In this document: piece by piece, positions 63,335 to 64,000 of the stretch | How the letters are laid out: every line of letters starts with the position of its first letter | Position numbering within the stretch: the first letter of the stretch is position 1 | Source: a virus | Virus record (IMG/VR): IMGVR_UViG_3300039412_000320 | DNA: 64,000 bases | Reading direction: 5' to 3' (one strand) | Made by a program: the position numbers and the translations under genes | Notes under the pieces: generated by a model | What the model was told of the DNA's origin: nothing | Seen by the model: the letters and a program-made list of their open reading frames with translations, nothing else | The model's database searches: none

Positions 63335-64000
63335 CTAAAAGGAAAAAATCCAACTGAAGATTATATCTATTCCGGGAGGTAACAAAAGTGGAGGAAGTGT
63401 CTTATAGTTCAGAAGTATGACCGTCTGCTGCGATGCTTGAACTGTGGCATAGGAGGACGGATTGCCATTGAAGTACGGAGCGGTCAACATGGTGTAGCTG
63501 CCCATGTTGGCGATACCGCCGCCGATGAGGCCCATTTCCCGGATGCCTTGGTTGATGTTGTTGGTCGTGCTGTTTACCGTGGTCTGAAACTCCACGTTGG
63601 TGGTCAGCACCGCCTGCGGGTTCCAGTTACCGCTGCTGTCCTGAGTAACGAAGTTCACCCGGCTCAACTGCACACGGGCGAGCGGCTGGATGAGTTCCAC
63701 CTGAGTGGCCGTTTCCACGGGTTGGGTAGTTGGTGCCCACGTGGGACTGCCAGCGCCCAATGCCAACCCCCAGACGCCCCATGCCGGTTCCGTAGCAGCG
63801 ATGCTGACCGGCTGAGTCTGCGGCGGGGAGAGGTTCAGGGGAGAAGCACACGCCATGAACTGGGCAAAGAGCCAACTGGAGATGGACGTGATGATATTGT
63901 GCTCGGAGTAAAGGACCTCTCCGGTGTCCGGGCGGTAGACAGTGATGTTCCCCTTCTTTATCGGAGGAGGAACTTTCTCCCCCCACTTTCCCCGTGCAGC
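63335..64000 (-). CDS. structural-looking protein, probably 5'-partial (start upstream of window end)
   Basis: Track ORF 63335..63856 starts at an ATG without SD; same frame stays open with no stop up to 64000. Confidence 0.4.
   Translation of the reverse strand, partial: AARGKWGEKVPPPIKKGNITVYRPDTGEVLYSEHNIITSISSWLFAQFMACASPLNLSPPQTQPVSIAATEPAWGVWGLALGAGSPTWAPTTQPVETATQVELIQPLARVQLSRVNFVTQDSSGNWNPQAVLTTNVEFQTTVNSTTNNINQGIREMGLIGGGIANMGSYTMLTAPYFNGNPSSYATVQASQQTVILLNYKTLPPLLLPPGIDIIFSWIFSF

Noticed and set aside
63627-63986. 119-aa minus ORF
   Set aside because: Arg/Gly/His-rich. Overlaps the more plausible structural frame 63335..64000.
1-64000. CRISPR arrays, rRNA genes and integrase/attachment sites
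   Set aside because: No evenly spaced direct repeats, rRNA-like sequence or tyrosine/serine recombinase motifs were seen. The window looks like a lytic-phage-type genome segment.

Overview
This window reads as a densely packed segment of a large tailed dsDNA bacteriophage genome. Bacterial Shine-Dalgarno sites (GGAGG-like) are present, and GC looks to be roughly 50-55% by eye. Most genes lie on the minus strand; one plus-strand block runs 23828..32299. Many adjacent genes overlap by 1 or 4 nt (TAATG / ATGA), consistent with translational coupling.

Main content:
- Structural-looking genes: a putative major capsid protein, a Gly/Thr-rich protein, a 1207-aa repeat protein, and three very large low-complexity proteins carrying zinc ribbons.
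- An NAD+ salvage pair: NadV (nicotinamide phosphoribosyltransferase) and a bifunctional NMN adenylyltransferase/Nudix (NatV), next to an AAA+ ATPase.
- Two histidine-phosphatase-family genes, each immediately downstream of a paralogous GIY-YIG gene.
- A UvrD/PcrA-type SF1 helicase interrupted by an intein.
- A cluster of seven tRNA-like genes interleaved with HNH endonuclease genes.
- A DUF262 (ParB-like) protein, a T5orf172 protein, an ASCH protein, SWIM zinc-finger proteins and several small membrane proteins.

The most striking property is the density of homing-endonuclease-like genes: 8 GIY-YIG, about 9 HNH/EndoVII-like, one PD-(D/E)XK-like, one T5orf172 and one intein, roughly one per 3.4 kb.

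Two families of repeated promoter-like motifs and a probable ncRNA locus ending in an intrinsic terminator are also present.

No rRNA genes and no CRISPR array were seen. All functional calls come from motif recognition by eye. No database search was run.
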